DNA of 64,000 bases, taken from positions 62,001 through 126,000 of the forward strand of contig AP039696.1 in the NCBI GenBank assembly GCA_051599415.1, in the 5' to 3' direction. The translations under genes and the position numbers were made by a program. Source of the DNA: Savitreella phatthalungensis (taxonomy: Eukaryota). This document shows positions 10,233 through 22,417 of the stretch, in pieces (the first letter of the stretch is position 1; the number at the start of each line of letters is the position of its first letter). The notes beneath the pieces were generated by a model that saw only the letters and a program-made list of their open reading frames with translations, was not told where the DNA came from and made no database searches.

Positions 10233-11027
10233 ATGCGCACCACATTGATCTGCCTGAGCATTTTGACAAGCACCATCGCCCAGGGAGATGGCGCGTCGTG
10301 GCCGTTGGACTACGGAAGACTCGATCGACATCAAACGACGACTCAGTCGCTTTCGGCTGACAGACACATTCTTGCACATCATGATCTATCCGCCGCGCCA
10401 GGAGCCGACCAGAGGATGACAACGACCTGTCATGGGCAACTGTCAGTATCTGATCGCATCGAGCGTCCACGTCTGCGTGAGCACGGCGTGCGCTCGATCG
10501 CATATTTGGGGAAGCGCCAAACGTTTGCACCTACGACAATTGGATCAGTTCCGAACGGCAATGCTGGTCAACTTCAGCAGCAGCAGCAGCAGCGACAATC
10601 ACAGCCGGCAACTGCAAAGATTGGAGGCTCTGTCGCGCAAGCACCGTTGGCGCCGACGCAGCAACAGTTGCAAGCGCAGCTTGAGCGTGTACAACAGCTC
10701 CAGGAGGCTGCTGCTCGTACACAGCAGCGACAGCAGCAAACACCACAGGCGTCCCCTGTGCCAGTTCAGTCTCAGCGACCTCCACAGCAGGCACCGCCGC
10801 AGGCAATCTCACAGGTTCTGCCAGTACCCACTACACCTCAACGACCAGTAGTAACACCGGCTTCTAGTTCACCCCCATCTGCAACCGCGAGTGGTTCAAA
10901 CAGTGTGATGACGACTATCGACGTGAATAATGGCAACAACATCCCAATTGATCCTGCAGCCCTGGCGTTCACACAACGTCTAGAGCCAGGAATTCGCGAT
11001 GACGTCCTACGCTTCTTTGGCATGTGA
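10233..11027 (+). CDS. Putative secreted Gln/Pro-rich orphan protein
   Basis: First ATG at 10233 gives the signal-peptide-like MRTTLICLSILTSTIAQG; KR|Q Kex2-like site; poly-Gln tracts. Confidence 0.62.
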   Translation: MRTTLICLSILTSTIAQGDGASWPLDYGRLDRHQTTTQSLSADRHILAHHDLSAAPGADQRMTTTCHGQLSVSDRIERPRLREHGVRSIAYLGKRQTFAPTTIGSVPNGNAGQLQQQQQQRQSQPATAKIGGSVAQAPLAPTQQQLQAQLERVQQLQEAAARTQQRQQQTPQASPVPVQSQRPPQQAPPQAISQVLPVPTTPQRPVVTPASSSPPSATASGSNSVMTTIDVNNGNNIPIDPAALAFTQRLEPGIRDDVLRFFGM

Positions 11028-11158
11028 TAGCGTTGGAATAACCCCGTATGCTATACTGAGGATATAGTAAGAATGGACTTGCGGCTGTGCAAACAGAGAT
11101 AGTATAGTGATTGATTGGGTAAGAGAAAATTGACAGTGTGCTCCCAGGACATTGGCGT

Positions 11159-13519
11159 CTACATCTTCGGTGGGTCCTGAGCCATGCCACCCATGCCGTC
11201 AGAGCCTGGAACTTCGGGCGCTGGCGTCTTTGAGGCGCCGTGTACCTTGAGAATCTCGGACAGGTCGAGCTTGTTGGCTCCCTCTGGTCTCGGGCCCAGG
11301 ATGCCTTCGACGTCCTTGTACGACAAGACCTCCTTGTCCAGCAGCGTCTCTGCAATTTTGACCAGGCCGTCACGGTGCAGCTCGAGCGTCTCTCGGGTAC
11401 GCTTGTAGGCGCCTGAGATGATTGCACGAACTTCCTCGTCGATCATCCGTGCGGTCGTGTCGCTGAAAGGCTTCTGGATCTGCTCGTTATCGACTGGGTA
11501 GGAGACGGTGCCGATGACGTCGGACATGCCGAAAGCCGACACATACGAAGTTGCCATCTTGGTGACCTTCTGGAAATCGTCGCTGGCGCCAGAAGTGACA
11601 GCTTCACCACCGAAGAACATTTCCTCGGAGACGCGACCTGCCAATGCCATCGACATGCGGTCGAGAATCTGACCACGCGACATGAGGTATTGATCCTTTG
11701 GAAGGTAGGAAGCGTAACCCAAGGCCTGTGCACGAGGAATGATACTGACCTTGAGCATGGCGTCGTTGTGCTTCAAAAACCAGCCGCAGACGGCGTGACC
11801 GGCCTCGTGGTGCGCGACAATGCGCTTCTCTTCAGGTGAGAGGACGCGCGACTTCTTTTCCAAGCCAGCAGTGACACGCTCGATGGCCTGCTCAAAGTGC
11901 GCAAGAGTGACGTGACGGGCAGAAGAGCGAGCCGCAATTAGGGCACCTTCGTTGCAGCAGTTCGCAATGTCAGCACCCGTGAAGCCCGGAGTGAGGACAG
12001 CCAGCTTGCGCGAGAGGTCTTCGATGTCCTCTTCAGTGACTATTTTCTTCAGGTGGACAAGGTAGATCTGCTCACGACCTTTGATGTCCGGACGATCGAT
12101 TGCGATATGACGGTCAAATCTGCCAGGACGCATGAGAGCGGGATCCAGCACATCAGGTCTGTTGGTGCCTGCGAGAACGACGACGTGCTCTTTGGTGTCG
12201 AATCCGTCCATCTCGACGAGTAGCTGATTCAGAGTTGACTCACGCTCGTCGTTGCTGCCGAACTGTCCGCCACGACCACGAGCTTTGCCAATGGCGTCAA
12301 TCTCATCGACGAAGATGATGCATGGTGCGTGCTTGCGAGCGTTGGCGAAGAGGTCGCGAACTCGTGAAGGACCTACGCCGACAAACATCTCGACGAATTC
12401 AGAACCGGAAACCGAGAGGAATGGGACGCCAGCCTCACCAGCCGTTGCCTTTGCCAGAAGCGTCTTACCAGTGCCAGGAGGACCACTGAGGACGGCACCG
12501 CGTGGAATCTTTGCACCGAGCTGTTCATATTTCGCCGGCTCCTTGAGGAATTTGACAAACTCCATAATCTCCTCCTTCGCCTCATCAGCGCCGGCGACAT
12601 CCTTGAACTTGACTTTGATGTCCGTTTCGGCGTTGATCATCTTGGCCTTAGATTTGCCGACGCCAAAGATACCACCACCACCGCCTGCACCTCCAGCAGC
12701 CCGGCGTGACATGTATACGATCGCTCCAATCAAGAGCAAAGTCGGTGCGAATGACAGAACGGTTGAAGCGATGGAAATCTCATCGTGGTACGAGACTGGT
12801 AAGCGCTGGCTTGCGGGTATGCCAAGCTCGTTCTGAGCCTCCTCGAGCTTTCGCTCGAATGCATCGACTGAACCGATGGAGAAGTAGTAAGTAACTCCGC
12901 CCATCGATGCCGCTGAGCCTGGGTAAGACTGACCAACAGCATCAGTTCTCAGAATCACTCTGACGCGGTTGCGATTCACCACAGTGAGCTGCTGGACGAG
13001 ACCCTTGTCAAGGAAGGCATTCCTGAATTCCTGCCAAGTGATCTCTTTACCTGCTGCACTGCTACCAGTGAGCGAATAGACAACGTATGCAACGACGAGC
13101 GTTGTAATGATCTGATTTGTCGTGATTTCCGCGCGGAACTCCTTCGGGTCGGGCTTCTTACCGCCTGACCCTGCAGATCTGTTGTTGCGCGACTCGTTGC
13201 TGTCCTGGCGCCGATCATCGTTCGAGCGACGACTCCGATCTAAATCGTCATTGCGCTCAGAATCTGCTTGCCGTCTTGGCTGCTGTTGCTGCTTGGTACT
13301 GCTCCCACCAAAGAAATGCTCAAACCCTTTCGGCGCTGGTTTCTTGCCGTCTACGTTGCCGTCTCTTTGATCAGGTTGACGAGGCGATTCAGTCGCATAC
13401 GTTCGTGCAGATGCGACGATCGATCTCAATGTGAGACGCTCATATGCAGTTCTTTTGTAGCCCGCAGGGAACCTGATGGTAGCTGCGGCCAGACGCCGAC
13501 TCAGGGAATGCCTGAGCAT
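11159..13519 (-). CDS. yta12: Mitochondrial m-AAA protease subunit (Yta12/Afg3, FtsH family)
   Basis: Arg-rich presequence, two TM segments, Walker A GPPGTGKT, Walker [29 protein letters not shown] zinc motif. Confidence 0.95.
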   Translation of the reverse strand: MLRHSLSRRLAAATIRFPAGYKRTAYERLTLRSIVASARTYATESPRQPDQRDGNVDGKKPAPKGFEHFFGGSSTKQQQQPRRQADSERNDDLDRSRRSNDDRRQDSNESRNNRSAGSGGKKPDPKEFRAEITTNQIITTLVVAYVVYSLTGSSAAGKEITWQEFRNAFLDKGLVQQLTVVNRNRVRVILRTDAVGQSYPGSAASMGGVTYYFSIGSVDAFERKLEEAQNELGIPASQRLPVSYHDEISIASTVLSFAPTLLLIGAIVYMSRRAAGGAGGGGGIFGVGKSKAKMINAETDIKVKFKDVAGADEAKEEIMEFVKFLKEPAKYEQLGAKIPRGAVLSGPPGTGKTLLAKATAGEAGVPFLSVSGSEFVEMFVGVGPSRVRDLFANARKHAPCIIFVDEIDAIGKARGRGGQFGSNDERESTLNQLLVEMDGFDTKEHVVVLAGTNRPDVLDPALMRPGRFDRHIAIDRPDIKGREQIYLVHLKKIVTEEDIEDLSRKLAVLTPGFTGADIANCCNEGALIAARSSARHVTLAHFEQAIERVTAGLEKKSRVLSPEEKRIVAHHEAGHAVCGWFLKHNDAMLKVSIIPRAQALGYASYLPKDQYLMSRGQILDRMSMALAGRVSEEMFFGGEAVTSGASDDFQKVTKMATSYVSAFGMSDVIGTVSYPVDNEQIQKPFSDTTARMIDEEVRAIISGAYKRTRETLELHRDGLVKIAETLLDKEVLSYKDVEGILGPRPEGANKLDLSEILKVHGASKTPAPEVPGSDGMGGMAQDPPKM

Positions 13520-14075
13520 GCGGCAGATGGTCTACTTTGTTGAGATTGGTTGTCAAATGTATGTGTGTATGAAATAGTCTGTGGATGTAATGGATGTGTG
13601 TTTCTTGTCTGAGTCAGGTGCTGACGTCGTCCTCTGGACCTGGCCGCCTGCTTCGATCATGGATTTTACCTCACACTCACTCACCAATTCATTCGATCGA
13701 TGAATGAATGCATAAAATTCAAATTTCCGGCCAAGCGCATGCTATATGAAATATCAAGTCTAATTTAGTCCTGATCGACCGTCGCTGCAGTCCGTGATTG
13801 TAATTCTTATTTTCAATTTCATTATATAAGTCAATTGTTTTATTACAGAATTTGCGAGATTTGTAATCCTTGCACGCAGCAGTTCGTAGGATAGGAAGCA
13901 GTTGTATGGGTCGACTAAAAGTTCATATGATTTATGATTGGATTTCAGAACGTAATAGAAAAATTACATACACTGCATGTGCGCTGGCACTACTGTCTCT
14001 TGCTATATAATTGAGACATTATGCACGCGCGTCTTTTGAATTCCATATATGAGCTCGCGTAATCATGTAAAATCT

Positions 14076-14105
14076 TACACGCGCGTACGTACGTACGTAT
14101 GCACG
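14076..14105. repeat. 30-bp perfectly alternating purine-pyrimidine tract including (GTAC)n
   Basis: tacacgcgcgtacgtacgtacgtatgcacg read directly. Confidence 0.8.
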
Positions 14106-14440
14106 GATCCAAATTAAGCATTCGACAGTCTAGCGAGGTGGTGTATGCACAATGTCGATGTTAATCCCTTGTTCGGGAAGGCTGCCCTCAATAGACAATA
14201 GACATGAATGTTCGACAGCAGTATCGTTCACTGCCTTGAGTCTCTGGGTTTGAAATTCATGTTGTTTCCATCTGACAGTTCTCTATCAATTCGTCATTGC
14301 ATTCAACAAGCTTCACAATAGTCAATCGCATAGTATAAGAAGATGTTTGTGCCGAATCGTGCATACGTATAGATACTTCATGAGTTGCGCCAGACGGCTT
14401 ATTGTGAGCATCGAGAGGGATCCACAGGCTGGAATAGTCA

Positions 14441-16981
<2,541 letters not shown>

Positions 16982-18194
16982 TCAATTATTCTGCAACCAC
17001 TAGCTTTGCTATTTCCCTTCCCATTAATATCCCATCTCCCATGCAGTCAGCAAGATATTGGACAAACTTTTCTTATTTCGTCATCATATTTTGATTCGAA
17101 TCACTATATAGCTCATGTTTACAAATATTGACATCCAGTTATATTGCAATAATGACCTTGCTAGAGAAGATCTGCAAATGATCAATCAGAAACGTACTGC
17201 GACTGTTACACTTAATTATAAATTTGCAATTTCGATTCTGCATCCATCGAAACAACTTCAGAAACCTGAGATGAATGCATGAATAGCATGTATCAGACTC
17301 AAACGTACGTACCTACGCACGTAGGGACTCAGCTAGCTTCTCGAGATTGATCTTCCAATTGAATTAAATTAATCGATCTAGCCTGAAGATGCCAGTACAA
17401 GCACGTGCCTGCAAGTAGATCTTCCATGCATAAACCCGATGTGATACTTTTACGCGACTATGAAGCTCATTAATGATACATTAGATTACGAGGCAGTCCT
17501 GTGAGTTGAGTCGAGGAGGGCTTCACGAGAGACCTCTTTTCCTGATGCCGCTGTGTCTCTGCTCATTCAACGATCTTATGGCCTAGCGATTCATTGCTCG
17601 ACTCCGGATATCGGTGTCAATTAAGCGTATAGATATTTTGCCGATTCCGAAATTCACATGCACGCATGAAGATTGCTCAACTTCGATCTGCGTATGCATA
17701 TTGTAGACAAATATATGCATAATATTTGGATACTACCACACAGAGGTCGGGAATCGTGCATCGAAGAAAATCAATCAAACGCTTGATCTCTCCATCTCTC
17801 TATCTCTCTGATCAAACGACATTCGGGATCCCAAGCGGACCTAAACGGATTTGCTTTGCTTTACAGGCAGACAAGGATAGAAGCCCGCCACGTCTATCAT
17901 CTACAGCACACCTGTGATAGATTCTTGACGCTGCTTCCGCTTCTTTGACGGACTCTGGCAAAGTGAAACGATCTTACTGTGACTTCTATTCGTCTTGCGC
18001 CGCTCAGACATCAGGGTCACCCGCAAGCCCGCAGACGCTTAGCACAGCAGCTGTCGGGCCGAGAAGAATAGGTCCGACCAAGTACGCGCAGCCAGTCCAC
18101 GGCATGAGCTGAAAGCCGTTCACGATATCGCTGCATCTGTATCGCTGCTTGAGCTGCAACTCACGAACGACTCTTCCTCCAACTCTGCTGAGTG

Positions 18195-21146
18195 ATGGGC
18201 GCGCAGGAATCCAAGCTAGCTTTCCGTAGAGGAATATTTCGGCTACATGAGGAGCGCGACATTCCGCCAGATGACCCATACTGGATCAACTTCTGGATGC
18301 TGCCAGAGTCGGCTGAAGATGTCTTCACATTATTCTCACCGACTGATATTCGCAAGGCACGCGATACAGCACCAGAGAATCTCGAGACACTCCTGATGGC
18401 TGTCTGCAGCCGGCTCTTCTTTCTCCGGCATCACAAAACCTTTCCATCAGAAGACGCACCAGAGGCAGAGCTGCTAAACTGTCTTCGCGTCTTGACTCGT
18501 CTCATACCATTCTGTTTCGAAGATCAACGATTCGATAAGCGCATCGACAATTTTTTTTGGGGAGTTCGAAGCCGTGCGGCCTCGACCGCCGAGCAATCAC
18601 GCCCCGATGGCACCGACGCAGCAACGAGACCGTCACAGGACCCTAGTGAAGCAAATGAGGTCGTCAAGACGCTCGAAGAAGGCCTAGAAATTCAGCAAGA
18701 TCAGCCCGATTCCAGGGCAACGATTCGGAGTATGCCTTTGGCTATAGAGCTTCTGGACACCCTCGTGGATCTGCTGTTCTTCAGTGACTTCACGGTTCCG
18801 AGGGATCAGTCGAGCCCGAATCCCGTCGTCTTTGGAATATGGGAGACTGGTGTCGGTTGTACGAGTGTCATGGGAACTACGAAGCGACTGGAGAGCAATC
18901 GGATAGAAACCTTACGCTGTCTTCTTGCACTCTGCTCTCGTGGCATGTACATACCGGCCACGGAGACACGATCCAACCGATTTATCATTCACCTTGTCGT
19001 TGCGCTCCCGAAAAACGTTGTGCTCACGATGCTCTGCTCACTGCTCAACACCACGATGAAATTCAACATAACCACATGGCGAGCTTTGCCGTATTCGTCG
19101 GCAATTGCACCAGACACGAGGCAGCTGTACGTCACGTATTGCCTGCAACTGCTACTCGTCGTGCTTTGCTATCCACTGCCGGAGGCTAATCAGCTGTATT
19201 ACGTATCAGCGGGCCATGAGACACGAATGGTTAACCAATTCCGCTTGTATTATCGCAAACTTCATCGTGCCTCTGACTTCTCTTTCATGGTGGATGGCAT
19301 GTCGCGCGTCATGCAACAGCCTCTTCAGGTCTCGACCTCATATCTGCCCGGATCTCAAAAGTCCCTGCGTTTCTACCCGGAGATGATGCTCTTGTTCTGG
19401 GAGTCTCTGCAGCTCAGCCCGAGATTTAGGGCGTTTATTATCGAGACTGACAGGGCACTCGATTTTCTCGTTCTCCTGCTTTTTTATGCTATTGAACACA
19501 AGACGGACACAACGCAAGTCGGACTCGTCCGGATGTGTATCTTCATCCTACAGCCCCTCTCGGCAGACGAACGATTTGCAAAATCGCTTCAAAAGCCTTT
19601 CCAAGGTCATGCATCGTTGCCCGCGTCTGTGCGGATTCCATCCTTCAATGGCACATACGCCGATTTTCTCATCATCAACATTTACACGCTTGTCGCCACC
19701 AGCAAGGGTCAGCTTGTTGCACTGTATCCTGCACTTTTCATGACTTTGAGCAACATCGCGCCACATGTCAAGAGTCTTTCCGTCATCGCCTCGACAAAGA
19801 TAATGCAGCTCTTCAGCTCCGTCAGTCAGCCGTCTTTCCTTTTCGCCAACGAAAATAACTACCGGTTGCTGATCTACCTGGTGGAGTTCTTCACGAACAT
19901 CATCGAGCAGAACTTCAGCAGTAATCCTCACCTGATCTACGCCATCCTGCGTTCTCGTGACAAATTCGAGCGATTGCAGAATCTGACGCTCGATAGTGGG
20001 ATTGAGAGCGTCGAGCAGCTGAAACAAGAGCGCGCACAACGCAATGGTTCGGAGGCTGCTGATAGGTTATCATTCGCTCAAACCATTGCGAAAGACGAGC
20101 CTGTCGCACTACAATCTGCTGGCGAGGATGCTTTCGAGCTCGGAGATGCCGATGACGAACAGCTCGACAGACCAGTCAGTGGCGCTACAACTCCACGTCC
20201 TTCTGCTGGTAATATTCCACCGGAATCGCTGGCGAAGCCATCGGCAGATGTCGCAGTAAAGCTTCCGACGACTGGCCCTCCATCTTCTTCTGACGTCAGA
20301 TCGGCGCGTGACCTTGACGCAGTAGATTTAATGCCACAGGCAACGCATATCATGTCGGAGAAGGCTCGTGGCAAATTGCCCGCCGGCCGTCGCAACCAGT
20401 TGCAGCAATCGCCGATAGCAGAGCGGTCGCCGCTCGAGAGACAGAAGTCCGACACCTCGTTCAAGTCGACGCGCTCCGCCGGTGGCAATACGCTCGGTGG
20501 CAATTTTGCTCTCCCTGAGACGTCTGGCGACTTCCACCCACAGCAGGACTGGTTCTTGTCGTGGTTTAATACGCTCGAGCTTACAAGCATTCAGCTCGTC
20601 CTCGACCAGCTCAAGGATGAAGTCGGCCGATTGACTTCGGAAACGCCTGATCCAAGGCCGGTCGTGCGCTTCCTTCAGAAGGCCACTATCACAGGATTGC
20701 AAGCGCGCCCGCCTAATCCGAGAACTTTCGTCTGGTCAGATCAGGCCAAGGTCTGGTTCGAGTCTTTGCTGTGGGGCTATGTTTACGTGTCCGAGACTCA
20801 ACTCGACGTTGGAGCTGTCGGCGTCTGGACCGGCACACGCGTCAAGCTATTCCGCCTCCAGGCCCAGCCTACTGACGTCAATGCACCCGGAGGACGGCCG
20901 GACGATGAAGATGCTAATGCGGGTACCGCAAATTTTTCTGCCTTTGCCGCAAATGCACGAGTCAACCTTCTCAACAACGTGCCAGGCGCTGTGGATGCAA
21001 TGGCCAATAGCCTCCTCAACAAGTTCAACCAGCTCACCACTAGCACTGCGCAAAATACTACCTCGCAAGGACAAGCTCAAACGCAGCCGACTGCGCGCAG
21101 GACAGCTGTTGGTGATCCCGACACCGTCAGACAACACCCACGCTAA
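18195..21146 (+). CDS. hid1: Hid1/Ecm30 (dymeclin-related) Golgi protein
   Basis: MGAQESKLAFRRGIFRL N-terminus (Gly2 myristoylation-type), FWMLPESAEDVFTLFS, IWETGVG, VWTGTRVKLFRLQ near the C-terminus. Confidence 0.9.
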   Translation: MGAQESKLAFRRGIFRLHEERDIPPDDPYWINFWMLPESAEDVFTLFSPTDIRKARDTAPENLETLLMAVCSRLFFLRHHKTFPSEDAPEAELLNCLRVLTRLIPFCFEDQRFDKRIDNFFWGVRSRAASTAEQSRPDGTDAATRPSQDPSEANEVVKTLEEGLEIQQDQPDSRATIRSMPLAIELLDTLVDLLFFSDFTVPRDQSSPNPVVFGIWETGVGCTSVMGTTKRLESNRIETLRCLLALCSRGMYIPATETRSNRFIIHLVVALPKNVVLTMLCSLLNTTMKFNITTWRALPYSSAIAPDTRQLYVTYCLQLLLVVLCYPLPEANQLYYVSAGHETRMVNQFRLYYRKLHRASDFSFMVDGMSRVMQQPLQVSTSYLPGSQKSLRFYPEMMLLFWESLQLSPRFRAFIIETDRALDFLVLLLFYAIEHKTDTTQVGLVRMCIFILQPLSADERFAKSLQKPFQGHASLPASVRIPSFNGTYADFLIINIYTLVATSKGQLVALYPALFMTLSNIAPHVKSLSVIASTKIMQLFSSVSQPSFLFANENNYRLLIYLVEFFTNIIEQNFSSNPHLIYAILRSRDKFERLQNLTLDSGIESVEQLKQERAQRNGSEAADRLSFAQTIAKDEPVALQSAGEDAFELGDADDEQLDRPVSGATTPRPSAGNIPPESLAKPSADVAVKLPTTGPPSSSDVRSARDLDAVDLMPQATHIMSEKARGKLPAGRRNQLQQSPIAERSPLERQKSDTSFKSTRSAGGNTLGGNFALPETSGDFHPQQDWFLSWFNTLELTSIQLVLDQLKDEVGRLTSETPDPRPVVRFLQKATITGLQARPPNPRTFVWSDQAKVWFESLLWGYVYVSETQLDVGAVGVWTGTRVKLFRLQAQPTDVNAPGGRPDDEDANAGTANFSAFAANARVNLLNNVPGAVDAMANSLLNKFNQLTTSTAQNTTSQGQAQTQPTARRTAVGDPDTVRQHPR

Positions 21147-21222
21147 TGATAACCGGGTTCGTCTCCAATTGGATCGAGGGATTAACATATGCTATTTCCT
21201 GCTCATGAACTATGATCTTGAT

Positions 21223-21891
21223 TCAGTCGACGCGCGGGTGGGTCCCGGTCGTGGTGTTGTGTTGGTGGGTAGATTGAAGATTGGCTGAGTGACCAGTAGC
21301 GTCATGCACGTGGTTGCCTCCCATAACAGCGTCCTTGACCTTATCACCAGTGGTCTTGTGGCCACCGACTGCCTGAGTACCTTCCGTGAGACCACCGCTG
21401 TGAGCAATCGGTGCTGCGCTACCAGCGCCAATACCAGTTGTCGCGGTGTGCGAGGACGTTGTGGCTGGCACGGCGGTCGAGCCGGCAAGACCGCCAGCGC
21501 CTGTCGTTCCGCCAAGCCCTGTAGCATAACCGACCTGGTGCGAGGGAACGCCTGCGGCCGGAGTCACGCCGGCGACGTGCGTACCGTGCGTGCCATGGGT
21601 GGCGTGGGTACCGTGCTCGGCCCCGTGATGGTAGAGACCGGCGTTGTGCGACTCATTCGCCACGGCGTTTGCGCCAGGCTCACCTGCCCGAGGTCCTGCG
21701 CCAGAGCCGCTGCCCGTGCCATAAGCTGCGCTTGGCACAGCGTCAGCGCGGTTGGCACGTGCCGCAGCATGGGCTTCCTTGTCCGTGGAAGTCTCCAGTC
21801 CAACGGCGTGCTTGAGCTTGTCGCCAATTGACTCCTTGCCGCCGGTGTGGCTAGTGGTGGTGTGGTCGTGCTGGTGGGAGTGGTGAGTCAT
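21223..21891 (-). CDS. His/Gly/Thr/Ala-rich hydrophilin (dehydrin/LEA-like)
   Basis: Very hydrophilic, no Trp or Cys; HGT repeats; two related motifs KESIGDKLKHAVG and KTTGDKVKDAVMG. Start ATG 21891 with TATAAG about 50 nt upstream; alternative ATG 21935 via a 50-nt intron 21920-21871. Confidence 0.75.
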   Translation of the reverse strand: MTHHSHQHDHTTTSHTGGKESIGDKLKHAVGLETSTDKEAHAAARANRADAVPSAAYGTGSGSGAGPRAGEPGANAVANESHNAGLYHHGAEHGTHATHGTHGTHVAGVTPAAGVPSHQVGYATGLGGTTGAGGLAGSTAVPATTSSHTATTGIGAGSAAPIAHSGGLTEGTQAVGGHKTTGDKVKDAVMGGNHVHDATGHSANLQSTHQHNTTTGTHPRVD

Positions 21892-22062
21892 GACTGTCAG
21901 TAGATTGTGTGCTCGTATACGTGCAGATGGGCCATTCTTATACACATCCACGGATCACTGTGGTAGTATCGTGCGTATCGAATACCCCGGATTGATTCGC
22001 TCACAGAATACGAGCTCAAGCGAGCTGTTCGAAGCCACATTGCCCCACAATTCAGCTTGAAT

Positions 22063-22070
22063 TGACGTCA
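22063..22070. promoter_or_regulatory. Palindromic CRE/ATF site TGACGTCA upstream of the hydrophilin gene
   Basis: Exact motif about 170 bp upstream of ATG 21891; reads ATGACGT on the minus strand. Confidence 0.55.
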
Positions 22071-22417
22071 TTTTTGTGATTTCCTTTGAGCACGCAAATG
22101 CTAATTCATGGGTTTCAGCTCTGATTCTTCAATCCACCCGTAAGACCAAGGCACGTGACGCCACTACCTGAATGTCCAAGGTCAAATGGATGTAGCAGTC
22201 TGTCAAGTGCTATGGATCCATGGCACTCAGTCATGCACGATGATGATAGAGTTAGAATACCAGGTTTAGGAAGATATGCGTACATCTATTCACATTCACA
22301 GGATGACTGTTCTTCTTACAAGTAGCATACCTGTTGGCTTGCCTGCCTTGGCCTCGTCTATTCATCCAAAGCCGAGGCCGCACTGCATTTGTCCTCTCTG
22401 CTTTGCCAATTGTCACG

